Source: Guillardia theta CCMP2712 (lineage: Eukaryota; Protista; Cryptophyta). From it: 64,000 nucleotides of DNA. The stretch spans positions 89,734 through 153,733 of the forward strand of contig NW_005434617.1 of the NCBI RefSeq assembly GCF_000315625.1, read 5' to 3'. Below are positions 50,470-64,000 of this stretch, piece after piece; the stretch's first letter is position 1; each line of letters opens with the position of its first letter. The notes below the pieces were generated by a model. It searched no databases, was not told where the DNA came from, and saw only the letters and a program-made list of their open reading frames with translations. The translations under genes and the position numbers were made by a program.

Positions 50470-52017
50470 TTACAGTTTCTTGCCGCTCTCCTCTCCCCTG
50501 CCCCCTCCTCTCTCATTCCCAGGCAACTCTTCCTTCCCTCCTCCCGCTCCCTCCGCACACTGAAACTGGCCATCCTCATCGTACACATCCTCTTCGTTCA
50601 TCTGCAGAACGGACGCAATCTGCACGCGAGCGCTGCGGTAGGAATGAGAGGAGGGAAGGGAGACGACGAGATTGAGTGGATTCAAGACAAAAGATGGAGG
50701 AAGAAGAGAATTAAGAGGAGGAGGATGTGAGGGGGAGGGAGGGAGGAGGAGGAGGAAAAACAGCCTCGGACTTGCCTGTCATACTTGGGACCCTTCCAGA
50801 AGACCTGTAGCACTAGATCAAGACGTCGAGAGAGGAGCGATTGTGAGGGGGAAGGGGAGGAGGAGGAGGAGGAAGGAGTGAGCGAGACGAGGAGAAGGGA
50901 GGGAGGGGAGGCAGGCAGGCAGGCAGGGAAACCTTCTTGCAACCCATGCACATATAGTACTTTGAGACCTTGACCTTGCAGGAGGAAGGGATCTGACCCT
51001 CATCGAACAGCTTCCAAAAGCGTCAGTCGCACAGCATAGGAGGACGCGATAGGTTCAACCTCTTTGATCTCCTCCTCCGTGAGGCGCTTGTAGTTGGACG
51101 TGTTGCACTTGCTGCACCTGGCCATGAAGGTCTTGGGGCTGAGCGACAAGGCGGGGAGGGAGTCGTCAGCAGCAGGTGGGAGAGGCGAAAGCTGGGGACC
51201 TGAAGGAGAGCCCGAAGCTATCGATGATCTGCAGCATGGGGGCGTCAAGGCGCCTCCTCCTCTCCCCTCCTCTCCCCTCTCCTCCTCAGCTTCGCTCTCC
51301 CCTTCCCTCCTCTCCCCTCCCCTCCTCAGCTTCGCTCTCCCCTTCCCTCCTCTCCCCTCCCCTCCTCAGCTTCGCTCTGCCCTTCTCTGCCCTCCCCTCC
51401 CTTCCCCTTGTCTGCCCTTCTCTCCCCTCCTTCTCACCTCATGGAATCCTGCCTTCGCATCGTTGGATGGCACGAAATAACAGAGTCCTCCGCAAGGCTT
51501 CGAGATGAGTTTCCTGAAAATAAGGTTCATACAACTGTAACCCTCTATCCACCCTCCCACTTTCCCCATGCTCTATCTCCCTCCTGCTCCTGCTCCTGGT
51601 TCCGCTCCTGCTCCTGCTCCTGGTTCCGCTCCTGCTCCTGCTCGTCCTCCTCCTTCTATTTCTCTATTTGTTCCTTCCATCTTGACGTCCTCCCATCCTC
51701 ATGTCCTCCATCCTGCTCCTCCCTCCCATAGCCTTAATCTTACGGCTGACCTGTCTCGGGTGAGGAGGACGCGTCCTTCTCTTGCAGCCAAGGAGATGAT
51801 AGTCTGCGCGTCCCTGTTCCCCTCATACAGGGCTGTATCCACTCCTGCTCCCACTATCAGCTCCTCCTCCCTGCTCCCTGCTCCCTCCTGAACCGATGCA
51901 TCTCAGCCACTTCACCGTCCTCCCGAGCATCGTGTCCGCCAGGAATTTCACTCTGGTAGAGGTCGAGGAGGCTTCACTGCTGCCGGAAGACTCGTCGGGC
52001 TCCGTCTCCTCCCCTGA

Positions 52018-52114
<97 letters not shown>

Positions 52115-52212
52115 TGCTCTTCTTCGACGAATCCAATCATTGAGTCCCCGATCCTCGAGCATGGGAAGCCATCACTGTCTCCAAGAGACCCCATTCTCTC
52201 CAAGCTCCCTCT

Positions 52213-52284
<72 letters not shown>

Positions 52285-54323
52285 CTGCATTTCCAGGTGC
52301 TCGATCCCCCCAATCCCACCAGCCTTCATCAGGCTCAGAGACTCCTCCCGCTGCCCGTCAATCCACAACTTCGCGGCCTTCGCCGCCAGCATGGCAGCCC
52401 TAGCAGCATCCTTTCCGCCGGGGATCTCGTCCTCCACCCAAGGCATCGTCAACATCTCTGCGATGCGGGGAGGAAGGAGAGGCTCTTCACGCTCCCCCCC
52501 CCTCCCTCCCTCCTCGCTCGCGTCCTTGCTGAGGTCCTCCATCATCACCGTCCCCCCGATCCTCTCGTGCCGCTCCTTGATCTCTCGAAGGCTCAGCTGC
52601 AGCCCCAAGTGCGGCCTCCCGCCTCGGAACAGATACCTCCGATCGAGATCGTCTCTTCCTCCTCCCTCTGCCCCTGCCCCACCACCACCACCTCCTCCTC
52701 CTCCTCCTGATGCTGCTGCTCCGGTATCGTCCCGTGGGCGGTCGATTACCACTTTCACTCCTTCTTCCTTGAATGGCCCAGGAGCTACTCCAGCAGGAAG
52801 GAACCCAAACCTCGACATGACCTCAGCAGCAGTCGCCTGGCGCACCTTCCTCCTCGCCTTCAGCAGACCCTCGAGTTTCGACACAGAGACTTTGCCCCTC
52901 CTGCATGACACCACAGCCACCGGAGCTCCGCGCGCTATGAACGCCAGGACCCGACCGATGTTCTCCTCCTCCGTCTTGAAGGCAACCGCTGCCTCCCCGC
53001 TCCTCTCGCACGGCACCTCCTCGGGCACGACGAGCACGCGGGAGCGAGCATGGAGAGGGCGGTCTTCAGCATCGTCGACCTGCTCCTGCCCCTCCTCCTC
53101 CAGTCCGAACCAGCTGATCACCTCCTGCGAGCCCGTGACGTTCGCGGGGGTTACAACTTTGTCGCTCCTCAAGGAGACAGAGGAGAGGACGAGCTCTCTC
53201 CAGTCCTCGAGTTTCTTGTTCCTCTCCCTCATCGTCGGGATGCTGTCGAAGACGGACAGGAGGCAGTGAGCGTCGAGGGCCGCGTACTGCACCTGCTCCT
53301 CGCTCAACGGCCTCGCCTCCCAGTCGCTGATCTGCATCCTCTTGTCAAGGTCCTTCCCAAGACACGCCTGGACCGTTTTCTTCAACGAGTTCCCGCTCCT
53401 GCCCAGCAGCTTCAAGCTCCACTTGCTCACGTCGAGCAAGGAGGAGACGAAGAGGAAGCATGAGGAGAGCGGATAGGAGTTTCTCAGTTTCTCCAGGTCG
53501 TTCTTGAGGTCGAAGCCGAGTTTGATGATGTTGGGGTTGACCAGGAGGTCGTGCAAGATCCCTCCCCCGTACAGCCCACCGTCCCCTCTGCTCAGCTCAT
53601 CCTCTTCCTTCGTCGCCTCCTTCTCACGGCACATCCACAGCAGATCAAAGATCAGGATGTTCCTCCTGAAAGCCACCTGACCGTCTCCCAGTCAGAGAGG
53701 CTCAGGAAAGAAAGTCTGCTCCTCCCTGCTCCCTGCCCTCTGCTGCACCACCTCTCAACAGTTTCTCAGGCTCCTCTACCTGCTCTGCTACTGCTTCCTC
53801 GGTTCCTTCGTCCTCGAGCATATCGCCTGTTCTGATCCTGCCTGTGCTGCTGTTCCTGTTGCTAATCCTCCTCCTCCTCCTCCTCTCCCTCCTCCCTCCT
53901 CCTCCTCCTTCACCTGCAGGATGCTGGCTCGAGAGACCTCCCCAGCCTTGAACACGGCCTTCCACTCCACGTCCAACCCAACAAGCGTGGGAGGCTGCGA
54001 GGACCAGGAGGAGGCAGGAGCCTTGGACGCCTCCTCCTCCATAGCGAGGATGAGGCTTCGACAGAACGCCATCTTCTCCCTTGAGTCTACGAAGCAGACC
54101 TCCTGCAAGGGGCTGCGAGGGACGAGGGTCAGCGGGGAGCAAGGGAGCCGATCGACTCACATCTCAGGAGGGAGATGGAGGTACTTGGTGTCCTCCAGCT
54201 TCGCCATCCGCTCGAGGACGTCTGCTGGGATCTCCTCGACTTCTTCTTCCAGGTTGTAGCTCCTGCGCATCTTCAAGACAAGGGTCAGTCAGCATACATG
54301 CATCTCCTCCTCCTCCTCGTTTT

Positions 54324-54396
<73 letters not shown>

Positions 54397-54406
54397 GCAG
54401 CAGCAT

Positions 54407-54440
<34 letters not shown>

Positions 54441-55430
54441 CCCTCGGCCATGTGTCACCTGCATCGCTTCCTTGTAGTATCTATTGCTGATAAGCGAGTT
54501 CACCAGGTGCACTTGACATGTGCGACAGCTCTTGGCGAACCCGTACGCAAAGGAAAGCTTAGCCTTCCTCACGAACTTGTCGATCTTCTCACACCTCAGC
54601 GCTGTCCTGATCTCCTCCTGGAACTCCTCCGTCTTCCACAACTGCGCCAGGTCCTCTGCCCGGCTCCACTCCTTGTTTTCCATCAGCAGCTTCACCAGGT
54701 CCCTCCTGTTCTCGTCGCTCCCCACCTTCACGCAGAAAGCTCTCGCCGAGTCCCAGTCCTGCACCTCGAGGAAAGCGCTCAGGAGAGCCTCGTCGGCGAA
54801 CTGCTTCCACATTCCAGCAGCTGTGACCAACCTTGTCATGTGCAAGTACAGCTGCTTGCTCCTGAGCTGCTCAGCGATAGACCGCAGGCTCTGGAAGATC
54901 GGGGTGGACCGGAGGTCAGGCCCGTCCCTCCCGAAGCTCCTCTTGAGGTCGAATGTCTCGATCATGCTGCAGAAGGCGCTGTGGGTCATGCAGCATGCTG
55001 CTTCCTCCTCCGACGTTCGTTGGAATTTGGAACAGATTCCCTCGAGCATCCTGAGCGACCGCCGTCCCTCTTGCGTCGAACCGTCCAACGTCACCCTCTC
55101 TGTCCTGCTACCTCTGACCTCGTGCTTCAGCCCGTGCAGAAGGAGGCTGAGCAGGGCCGACTGGGAGCCATGGCTGGGGTCTACCTCGTGCCCCTTCAGA
55201 CTCTGCCGAATTTGGTCCAGATACTCGCGGTGGTCGTCAGCCAGGTCGTTGGGTGAGAACGCGACCAGGTCGATGCAGCAAAGGAGGCTTAGGACAGAAG
55301 GCTTCGCCACCGCCATCATCTTCAGCAGCACGTTGAACCTGAGGCTGAGTCAAGGCACAACTCTAAGTGCGATCCGCTTCTTCACCTGTCCCCTTGACGG
55401 ATCTTCTCATGCAGAAACTTGAGGACCTGA
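50470..55430 (-). CDS. Mut-7/EXD3-like protein: helical N-terminus, DEDDy 3'-5' exonuclease, YbaK-like domain, Mut7-C domain; 5' end probably in gap 55542-55725
   Basis: Exonuclease motifs VGLDVEWK, ASILQ|VAF, KLGFDLKNDL and SDWEARPLSEEQVQYAALDAHCL. Mut7-C motifs KFLADTMLGRTVKWLRCIGVDT, ARCSKCN and VFWKGPKY. Confidence 0.85.
54324..54438 (+). repeat. Compound (TCA)n(GCA)n intronic microsatellite
   Basis: Direct inspection. Confidence 0.9.
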
Positions 55431-55829
55431 CGAGTTCAACTCAGTCCTCAGCATCTTGGCTCTTCCCTCCATCCTCCCCTCCCCCTTCCCTTCCACACCC
55501 TTTCCGCCTTCCCCCCCCCCCCCCCTCCCCCACAAAATTTCNNNNNNNNNNNNNNNNNNNNNNNNNNNNNNNNNNNNNNNNNNNNNNNNNNNNNNNNNNN
55601 NNNNNNNNNNNNNNNNNNNNNNNNNNNNNNNNNNNNNNNNNNNNNNNNNNNNNNNNNNNNNNNNNNNNNNNNNNNNNNNNNNNNNNNNNNNNNNNNNNNN
55701 NNNNNNNNNNNNNNNNNNNNNNNNNNGAGGAGAAGAGGAGGAGAAGGAGGAGAGGAGGAGAGGAGGAGAGGAGGAGAGGAGGAGAGGAGAAGAGGAGGAG
55801 AGGAGAAGAGGAGGAGAAGGAGGAGAGGG

Positions 55830-56070
55830 TTTGAGCAGCTTCAACCTGGTTCATATCTCTCACATAGACAGTGATGGGAAAGTTCCGAGTGCGCGACAGC
55901 ACCTCCTGCACTCCTTGCGCTGCCCCCTCGTAGATCGTTTGCCAGTTGGTGGCTAGCTGGACGTTAGAACGGTACAGACTTTGTGTCCTCAGACTGAACA
56001 AGATGATAGGAGGAGGAGGAGTGTACGACGGATAGAGGACGGGGAGAAGCGGAGATTTAGCATGGTGGTG

Positions 56071-56157
<87 letters not shown>

Positions 56158-58281
56158 ATGATGGTCACGGCCATGATGGTGATGGAGATGATTATGGTGT
56201 TGGTGGTGGTGATGGTTCATGCAGATACTAGTGGGGTATTGGTACTGGTGAGGCTTATGACAAGGTTGAGGTTTACGGTGGTTGTGTTGGTTGTGTTGGT
56301 TGTGTTGGTTGTGGTGGTTGTGTTGGTGGAAGAGGAGGAGTAAGACAAGTATGATAAGTCGCGGAGGAGGAGCAGCAGCAAGCACGTCAAGTCGTGGAAG
56401 GGGGGCCAAAGGGTGGGGCAGCAGACCGTTCACGGAATGAATCTGAGGAAACCGGAAGGTGTCTCGGCACTCAGAGAGGTTGTTGAAGAGCGTCTGACCT
56501 GCTCGCGTCGATTTTCTCAGCTGTCAGCAACACTCAACTTCCCAGCAGCCCTCGTCTCACATGACTGCCCCTTGATTTTCACGAATTGCCGGACCTCCCC
56601 GATGTAGTCCAGGGCGGCGATGTCTGCAAGAGGTGAGCGAGGAGGAGGAGATGGACGACGAAGAAGAGGGGGAGGGTTGATGAATGACTTGCTGGTACTA
56701 TGAGGAAGGAGAGGAGGAGACAACCGGGATGGGATCACGGGAGGAGGGGAAGGTGGAAGAGGGAGCGAGGAGGAGGAGCCGAGAGGAAGGGACGATACTT
56801 CACCTCCCTGGATGAAAGTGGCGGGGACGTCGATGGCGTTGAATCGGATCTCCACCACGATCTCAGACACCACTCGTACCTTGCAGACCATCACACGGCG
56901 AACAGCAAGTCATCACCTCACTCGCAAATGTCCCCCTTGCAGCTTCTGCACGTCGTATGCCCTGGCGGAGGCCGAAAATGTCGCCGTCACATCCACGACC
57001 TTGTCCGTGTTCGCGGTGACCTGAGGGCGTGCCGTCAGTTGGACCACAGAGCTCGCTCCGCTCTTGCCCCGCTCTTCCTCACCCGGACGATTTGTTGGAA
57101 GGTCGGCTTCTTGGAAAGCGGCAGCGTGTTGTACACCTACTCGCTTCCCTCGTCATACACCCACAGGATTTTCCTTGTCATGGGGTGGACCTGGACGGCA
57201 AACAAGTACTTGTGCTGCGGAATCTGCACGAAAAGAGTATCATTCACCTGCCATTTCTATCTCACCGATCTCGCACATCACCTTGAAGGAGAGCGAGAGG
57301 TCCAAAGAGGCACGAGGTGACAAGGGAGGGTATTGAATACTAGTCTGCTCGGTCTGAACCATTGCACCTCAGTGCTGAAGAAAAAACGCAGTTACCCAAC
57401 CTTGTAGTAAGTCCATTGGATGGGTGGATTTCGCGGTACAATCATCATCACCATAGGCTGGATCAGGATCAGAAATCATTTCGACAGGTGCAGGGCAAGC
57501 TCTGACATGCAGGAAATCTGCGTATGGCAACAGCCTCGGGTCGCTCAACCTCGCTCTTCTCTTTGTGACAGTGGTGACGGCGAGCACGTTTTGTTGCAGG
57601 GTGATGGAGGTCTGACAAACAGGAAGGAACGTCACCACATGAACAAGACAGGCCTCAGGGCAGCCCAATCCAGTGCCCTTCATCACCAGCTCATATTCAT
57701 TCTGGAATGTTTTGTGCGCCTGAAGCCTCATTGGTAGCAAAATCCTCATGTTGGTGACCTAGCAGCAGCTTCAACCGACGAGCTTGACAGACTCACGCAC
57801 CATGTCTCGCTGATCAGCATCGCGAACGTTGTAGTTCAAGATCGCTCCTGTCCATCACAGTGCTAAGAAGACGTGCGTCTCTAGGTGATACTGATGCTCA
57901 CCTACACACAAGTACAGGCCAATAAGCACAAGGAGGAAGATCCCGACTGCGTGCTCGTGTCACGTTGGATGAGGTACGGTCAGGTTGGACTCACGTCTGA
58001 GAAAGTTCAAGCGCAGCGACCCTTGTCTGATTGTGTGAACGCGGAGGAGTAGAGTCGTCCATCTGGAAGGGAGTATCTTCAGAGGGAGAGAGAATCCAAC
58101 CATGTCGACCTGACTGATTCCGTAGGCTCGCTTTTCTTAGAGACCTCACTTTCCCCGCCTTCTTTGGACATGGTCGACGACCAATGATGTGACCTGCGTG
58201 CAAAACATTCATTTCAAGGGCGTCTTTCTGATTTAGAGCCTTACTCTTCTCCTCTCTTTTCACGTCTAGCCTACTGCTCAT
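55830..58281 (-). CDS. Multi-exon hypothetical protein with a predicted transmembrane segment (boundaries approximate)
   Basis: Coding-like exons at 57994-58281, ~57900-57955 (HAVGIFLLVLIGLYLCV), 57369-57749, ~56500-57225 and 55830-55985, flanked by GT-AG sites. No family recognised. Confidence 0.4.
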
Positions 58282-59245
58282 TCTTCCCAAAGTTGGACCC
58301 AAGAGGGATGTACACTTGGCAGCCTTTCTTCTTCCCCTTGCCCTCCGGCCCTCCCTCCCTCCCTCCCTCCTCCTCCTCCTCCCTCCCTCCCTCCCCTCCC
58401 TCCCTCCCTCCCTCCCTCCCTCCCTCCCCTCCCTCCCTCCCTCTCTCATCATGCGAATGTGAGCGGCGCTCCCGCCCGTCCTAATTGATTGACAATTTTT
58501 GACGTTTTTTTTGAGGGGCCCGGTGCCCGGCGGCCAATTTCCGGGCCCGCGGCATTCTCAGTGACTTTCTTGTACCTCGGTAACAAGGCGACCGGATGCC
58601 GTGACTGAAGGCCCCGCGATGTAAAGTAAATACCAGCTTTGAAAAGATCTGAATAATTTTCAAATTTTAAAGTAAAGTTTCGTATGTCTACCAGCAGTTG
58701 AATACGTACTTGATCTCGTACCCTGGAGTGATCTTGTTGGATACCCACCCTCCCGACACCATGGTGGGGTCCTTGGTAAAGGTTACTTTGGAGAACAGGG
58801 GTGGTCGAAGGGTAGAGGTACAAGCAGACATGGGTGTACATCAGATATTTGATAATCGCTGTAATATCAAAAACTGAGGTAGCTCGTAGAAGCGCCAATA
58901 TAGCAAGGAGGTCTTTGGGAAGGTCGTAAGAAATACACACTGCCCCTGGTTGGGGGGTCGCAAGGCAATTGAGATGGGGGTGGGGTGGGTCGTACAAAAA
59001 GATCAAAAGATCAAAGAAGGCAGGATGCGGCGAAAAGGGCGAGAAGGAGGTAGAGGGGAGGAAGAAGGAGAGAGAGGGGAGGAAGAAGGAGGTGAAAGGG
59101 AGCGTGAGGAGAGGAGAAGTGAGGAGAAACGAGGATGCGAGATGAGATGAGATGAGATGAGGGAGGGGGGAGAGAGAAGTAGGGAGGGTTGAGGAAGAAT
59201 GCGAGAGGAAGGACGAGGAGGAATTGAGGTTTGCTGCAACTTGCC

Positions 59246-60804
59246 ATGAAAGGTTGAGCGCTGAGGAAGCAGGAGGTGGCTTGCGAGGAAAGAAGTTTAT
59301 GAGAGGAGGAAAAGTATCTCTTCCTCAAGAGTTCACTGATCACTGCATTCTTGTAACCTTCACCACAAGCTCACTTGCTCCGAAATCACGGGCATGACAG
59401 ACCTGCCCTTGCTCTTGCAACGAGAAAAGTTGCTGCAAATCGTGCCGAATAATTTCGCACTGATGGTCTTTGTGCAGTGGATCATCTCTCACAATCTGAT
59501 ACACCGGCGTTGATGGAGCAACCCAACGTGAAGAGTAGATAGCCGAGGTACGGTTCTTGCAAATTCGAAGAGAACGAGACTTTTCAAAGACTTCCCGACG
59601 ATCGGAGTGACAGCAAGGGAACTTGTCGGCATGCCATGGACGGTTGATGCCGAACACCAGGAAAGATCCTCTTGCTGAGTCTGACTGAGACCCAACGCGG
59701 GAGTGTAGCGGGACCGGTCATAGAGGTATCAGGAGGAGGCCTAGAGGGCCATGGGGAGAGGAGGAGGAGGATTCATATCCCGTCCGTCATTCAGCCGCTC
59801 GTCGAAGAAAGATAAAAATGCGAGCCGAGCTGCCAAGAAAGCTCCAGACATGTGATGACGAGGCTGTTTCGATCGGGAGGCTCCTTGACGGCTATCTTGC
59901 AGCATCGTCGAACGATCGCTGCGATCCATAGGGCATAGGGAAGAGGAGGGACCTGCTTCTGACCTGCCAGAGGGCTGTTCCAGCGGATATTGCAACTTCT
60001 CCCTCCTCTCCGAGGTCGCTGATACCCTTCTGTTGCTGCTAGTGTGCGAGGGTTTGACGGAGGTCCAGGATGACTGGCTCGCGATCGAGAACCTGGGGCA
60101 TGGCAGCTTTGCGAACGTGTTCAGGATGAGGAAGAGAGATGATTCGGGTCTAGAGGTGATGATGCAAGAGGCTGGGAGAGGACGACATGACTTGTTGGAC
60201 AGCTTGCCATCAAGTTTCTCAGGAAGGAGAACAGTCCCAGCTCACCAAAACGTGGAGGTATAGCGCTCCGCCTCTTCTACCTTGTCTTGCGGCGACCAAC
60301 TTTTGTCGCTCACGGGGTGGCAGGGCACGACTTGTACATTCAGAATGAGATGCTCAAGACGATGAGACACGTAAGACGAGGGGGTTGGCCCGCCATCGGC
60401 TGATCGCTGCCCAGGAGCTCAACATTATCAGCAAATTGCCAGGGCACCCGAATGTTATCAAGGTGAAGCGGAGGATCGAAAATCCTTGTCGTCGCTGTGG
60501 ACTCTTGGCTTGTCTTGCCTTGTGTCCTGATTCTTCTTCCAGGTGCTGGGAGCAAGCTACGACGGATCATACTTTGCGATGGAATGTGAGTTGACGGGAG
60601 CCCCGGCCTATCGCTGACTTGGCCGTTTCGCTCTCAAGTGGCCAAGACCGATTTGTTTCAGATCGCTCGAAAGAAGAATGTTTGCATGATCCTCCGAGAC
60701 GCCTGGAATTGGTTCCTCCTCCTCTCATGATCGTTTCCCCTCCCTCCCCCTCTCTCCGAGAACCTCTCCCTTCCTTTCCTTCCCCCTTCCTACCCTTGTC
60801 CCTT

Positions 60805-60873
<69 letters not shown>

Positions 60874-62773
60874 CTTCCCTTTCCACCGCCAGCCTCGTCC
60901 TCCTTGAAGCCTGACGTGCTTTTGCCACCAGGTTGAACCAGCTCACGTTGGCGGTGATGCACCTCCACTCAAACGACCTCGTTCACCTCGATATCAAGGT
61001 CCCTGTGGAGCCTCCAACTCCCGTCGGCGTCTAACCGCCTTGCAGTCGTCCAACGTGCTCATCTTCGGTGACAACACAGTCCGGCTGTGCGACTTTGGGC
61101 TGTCGAGGTGAGGCCATGACTATGATAATGATGGAGATGGAGATGGAGATGGAGATGATGATATGAGAGAATGGATTACAGACACTGATGCCTGCGGTCA
61201 CTAGGGAAATGGAAGACAACACGATAGCAATTGACTGCGAGGTGAACAACATCGACCGAGTTCTTCCCTTCGCTAACGATTGCAGACTATCACCTTGTGG
61301 TACCGGGCCCCGGAGGTTCTGATGGGAGTGACGACAGTGAACGACCGTATGGACGCGGGTCAAAGTCTCTTCGAGTTTTGACGAGGCGTGTAGGAGTTGA
61401 CGTGTGGGGGATCGGATGCATCGCCCTCGAGCTCCTGTGCGGCTCGACCCCGTTCAAGGTGATCGCAATAGAGTGACTGGAAGTGACGGATGTTTCTACT
61501 TGTGATGTTTCTTATTCTCCGCCTTGCCTTTGATTTTGACTTGTCATGGTTACTTGTTCCTCCTCTGCTCTGCTCTGCTCTGCTCTGCTCTGCTTGGCTG
61601 TCCTGTCCTGTCCCGTCCTCTCCTCTCCTCTCCTCTCCTCATCTCTCCTCTTCTCTCCTCTTCTCATCGCTGTTCCCTTCTCTTTCTGCCATCAAGGCAT
61701 TAGGACATGTTCTGGATCAGTATCGTTGTGCGTGCTCTGAAAACTTTCCGCAACTACAGGGAGATGTCAACGCTCGTTGTACCTGCAAATCGCCGCGTCA
61801 TCACAATTACAATGAAGATCAACTCAGCAAGATCTTTCAAATGTCTCGTGCTGTGCTTATGTTGATGGAGGGGGAGGGGGAGGGGAAAGGGGGAGGAGGA
61901 GGGGGACTGGGAGGAGGAGGGGGAGGGGGAGGGAGACGGGGAGGAGGTGTTTGTGTTTGTGTTGATGCTGTAAGCAGACTCGGAACTCCTCGTGATGTCT
62001 CCTTCATGAGTTCAACACCGTAACCCATCATTCTCGGTCCCCCGTTGCGTTCCTCACTTCCTGCCTTCCAGTTGTTTCGCTCATTTCGGTGGATGGCCGC
62101 ATTTCATCCCCAGGTACCAGATGATCAAATCCCTTATAACAGCCCTTGACATTTTTTTCCTTCACGTAGATTGGAGAGGATGATCTCCACAAAGATGAGC
62201 GGGAGAGGGCTGAAGGTACTGGACGTTTACAGCTTGTTGTGACCGATCGTGGCCTGACTCTGTCTTCAGTCACAATCGTTTTATCCTGAGAGCGTCAGGT
62301 AGCTCTTATTTTCACCATCCTTTCATCATTCCTCCTCATTCTCCTCCTCCTCATCTTCCTCTTCCTTCTCCTCTTCATACCTGTGCTTATTATCTATTCA
62401 AACTTTCTCCTGACGTGAGCGTGTCCAGCGGAGCTGTCAACGATCGTCGAATATGGATACAAGTACATTCTTCTTTCTTCTTGTCCTCTCTTTGCCTTCT
62501 GCTCTTACTCAACAACGCGCCTACCCTCGTCCTCTGTACATCCTTCTTTCCTTGTCTCTTGCCTCCTATTCCGGTCCCCTCCAGCTCTTTTCTCATCGTC
62601 GCTTCAGTTCCTCAACGGCTCGCTTGCGATCAATCCATCCAAACGGATGTCAGCGCAGGAGGTCTGTTGCAGCCCCCCTCCCCCTCCCCCGCTTCCCCCC
62701 AGTCTTCCCTGCTTCAAGATCCTCTTTCGTCCTGCTCCTGCTCCTGCTTCTGCTCTCTCTCCTGCTCCTGCTT

Positions 62774-62858
<85 letters not shown>

Positions 62859-63457
62859 CCTTCGTTTCTGACCCTGTCCTACAGCTGATAGAGATCATGC
62901 CTTGGTCGTGCTCAGCAAGAAGGTCCTTCTCCTCCGCTCATCCTTCCGCCCTCTTCCATGAGATCCGGCGCAACAGCCAGAGCGCTCAAGGTCTCCAGCT
63001 CGCGCTCTTCTTTCCCTTCCTTCTCCTCTCGCTTCTTGCCGATCCCTCGTGTCCCTCCCTGCCTCTCCTCTCCTCGGTGATCACCTGTCCCTTCCTTACT
63101 CTGATCCTTTCAATCTCGCTCTGCACCTCCCTTCTCTCCCTGTATCGCAACGCGTCTCTCTCCCTCCTCTCTTGTCGCTCCCCTGCCCTCCTCACACTTC
63201 GCCGTGCCATCGTTGGAGAAGGGACTCACATCGTCTCTGACCCTCTCCTCTCAGAGCTGAAGTCGCTGGTTGGCTCGCCTGTGCTTCACGCCCGCGACAG
63301 AGACTTGCCTCGGAGCCGCGTCAACAGTGTCGACGAGTTCGGCGTCTCTTCCTCCTCCTCCTCCTCCTCCTCCCCTCAGTTCAGCACCCCAGCGAGTGGT
63401 GGCCGCATCCAGTCCTTCAGGATGCGATCGGCCAGCGTCGAGCCAGCGCTGAACTGA
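59246..63457 (+). CDS. Ser/Thr protein kinase (CMGC/CDK-like catalytic domain; start approximate)
   Basis: LGHGSFANVF, LAIKFL, HPNVIK, HLHSNDLVHLDIK|SSNVL, LCDFGLSR, TLWYRAPEVL and VDVWGIGCIALELL across many short exons. Confidence 0.85.
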
Positions 63458-64000
63458 CTAGGTCTGAGCTCCAAGTGCGGCCGCAGACCCTCTTGATCGA
63501 GACTGAGGCAGCCCAGAGGCTGGACGGCGACCGGTGACTGCGCGGAGGGCCCGGCACTGGCAGGCCGCTGGACTCGGACTACGACTAATCGACTCAGTAA
63601 AGCCTTTAGTCACTGGAAGGAGGCCGCGGAGTCTGGCCGGGCCGAGTCAGCCTTCACTGACTGAGTCAAGTGATCGGACTGCCAGGGGCAACCGCCGTTA
63701 CTCCGAGTCAGAGGATCAGGAACCGTTGAACGGTTGACCGTCCGACACACAGGCTGTCGGCGGGAGTCCGCCCGGCGGGCCCGGCCCGGGCCCGGGGTTC
63801 CGGGGCCGAAGTTCCGGGGCCGCGGCGGCCGCGCGGAGCGAGTTAACGAAGTTTGCAATGTTAAGTTATTGAAACATCTCATTTGAAGTTGGGCAGATCA
63901 TCGCCAGCCTGAGTCGGACGGTCGACTCGGACTCTCAGCAGTCGGATCTGACTGCCGCGGAAGACCGGGTCCGAACTTGACGTGACTTCGGAATCATGTA

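Overview
Eukaryotic draft genomic DNA with many short (~45-65 nt) spliceosomal introns, microsatellite-rich introns and four N-gaps. The gene style and a signal peptide followed by Phe (AMA-F) suggest a secondary-plastid alga, probably a cryptophyte (inference). About 14 protein genes can be supported: 2-oxoglutarate dehydrogenase E1, an SRAP/HMCES protein, a GT61 glycosyltransferase, an MDR oxidoreductase, a PDZ protein, an SPRY protein, a HAD-like protein, an NAD(P)-binding Rossmann protein, a METTL23-like methyltransferase, a Mut-7/EXD3-like exonuclease, a Ser/Thr kinase and several orphans. The standout locus is a minus-strand gene (~14440 to 6962) encoding roughly 2,100-2,200 aa. It has four tandem ATP-grasp ligase modules fused in frame to a bacterial-type isoaspartyl dipeptidase (IadA), and only module 2 keeps the full catalytic motif set. 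This suggests an undescribed bifunctional synthetase/hydrolase for beta-aspartyl peptides. Other oddities are an SRAP protein starting MGGGG-CGR, a YbaK-like domain inside Mut-7, a probable GA-AG intron, and recurrent intergenic sequence types. Gene boundaries were read by eye and are approximate where stated.
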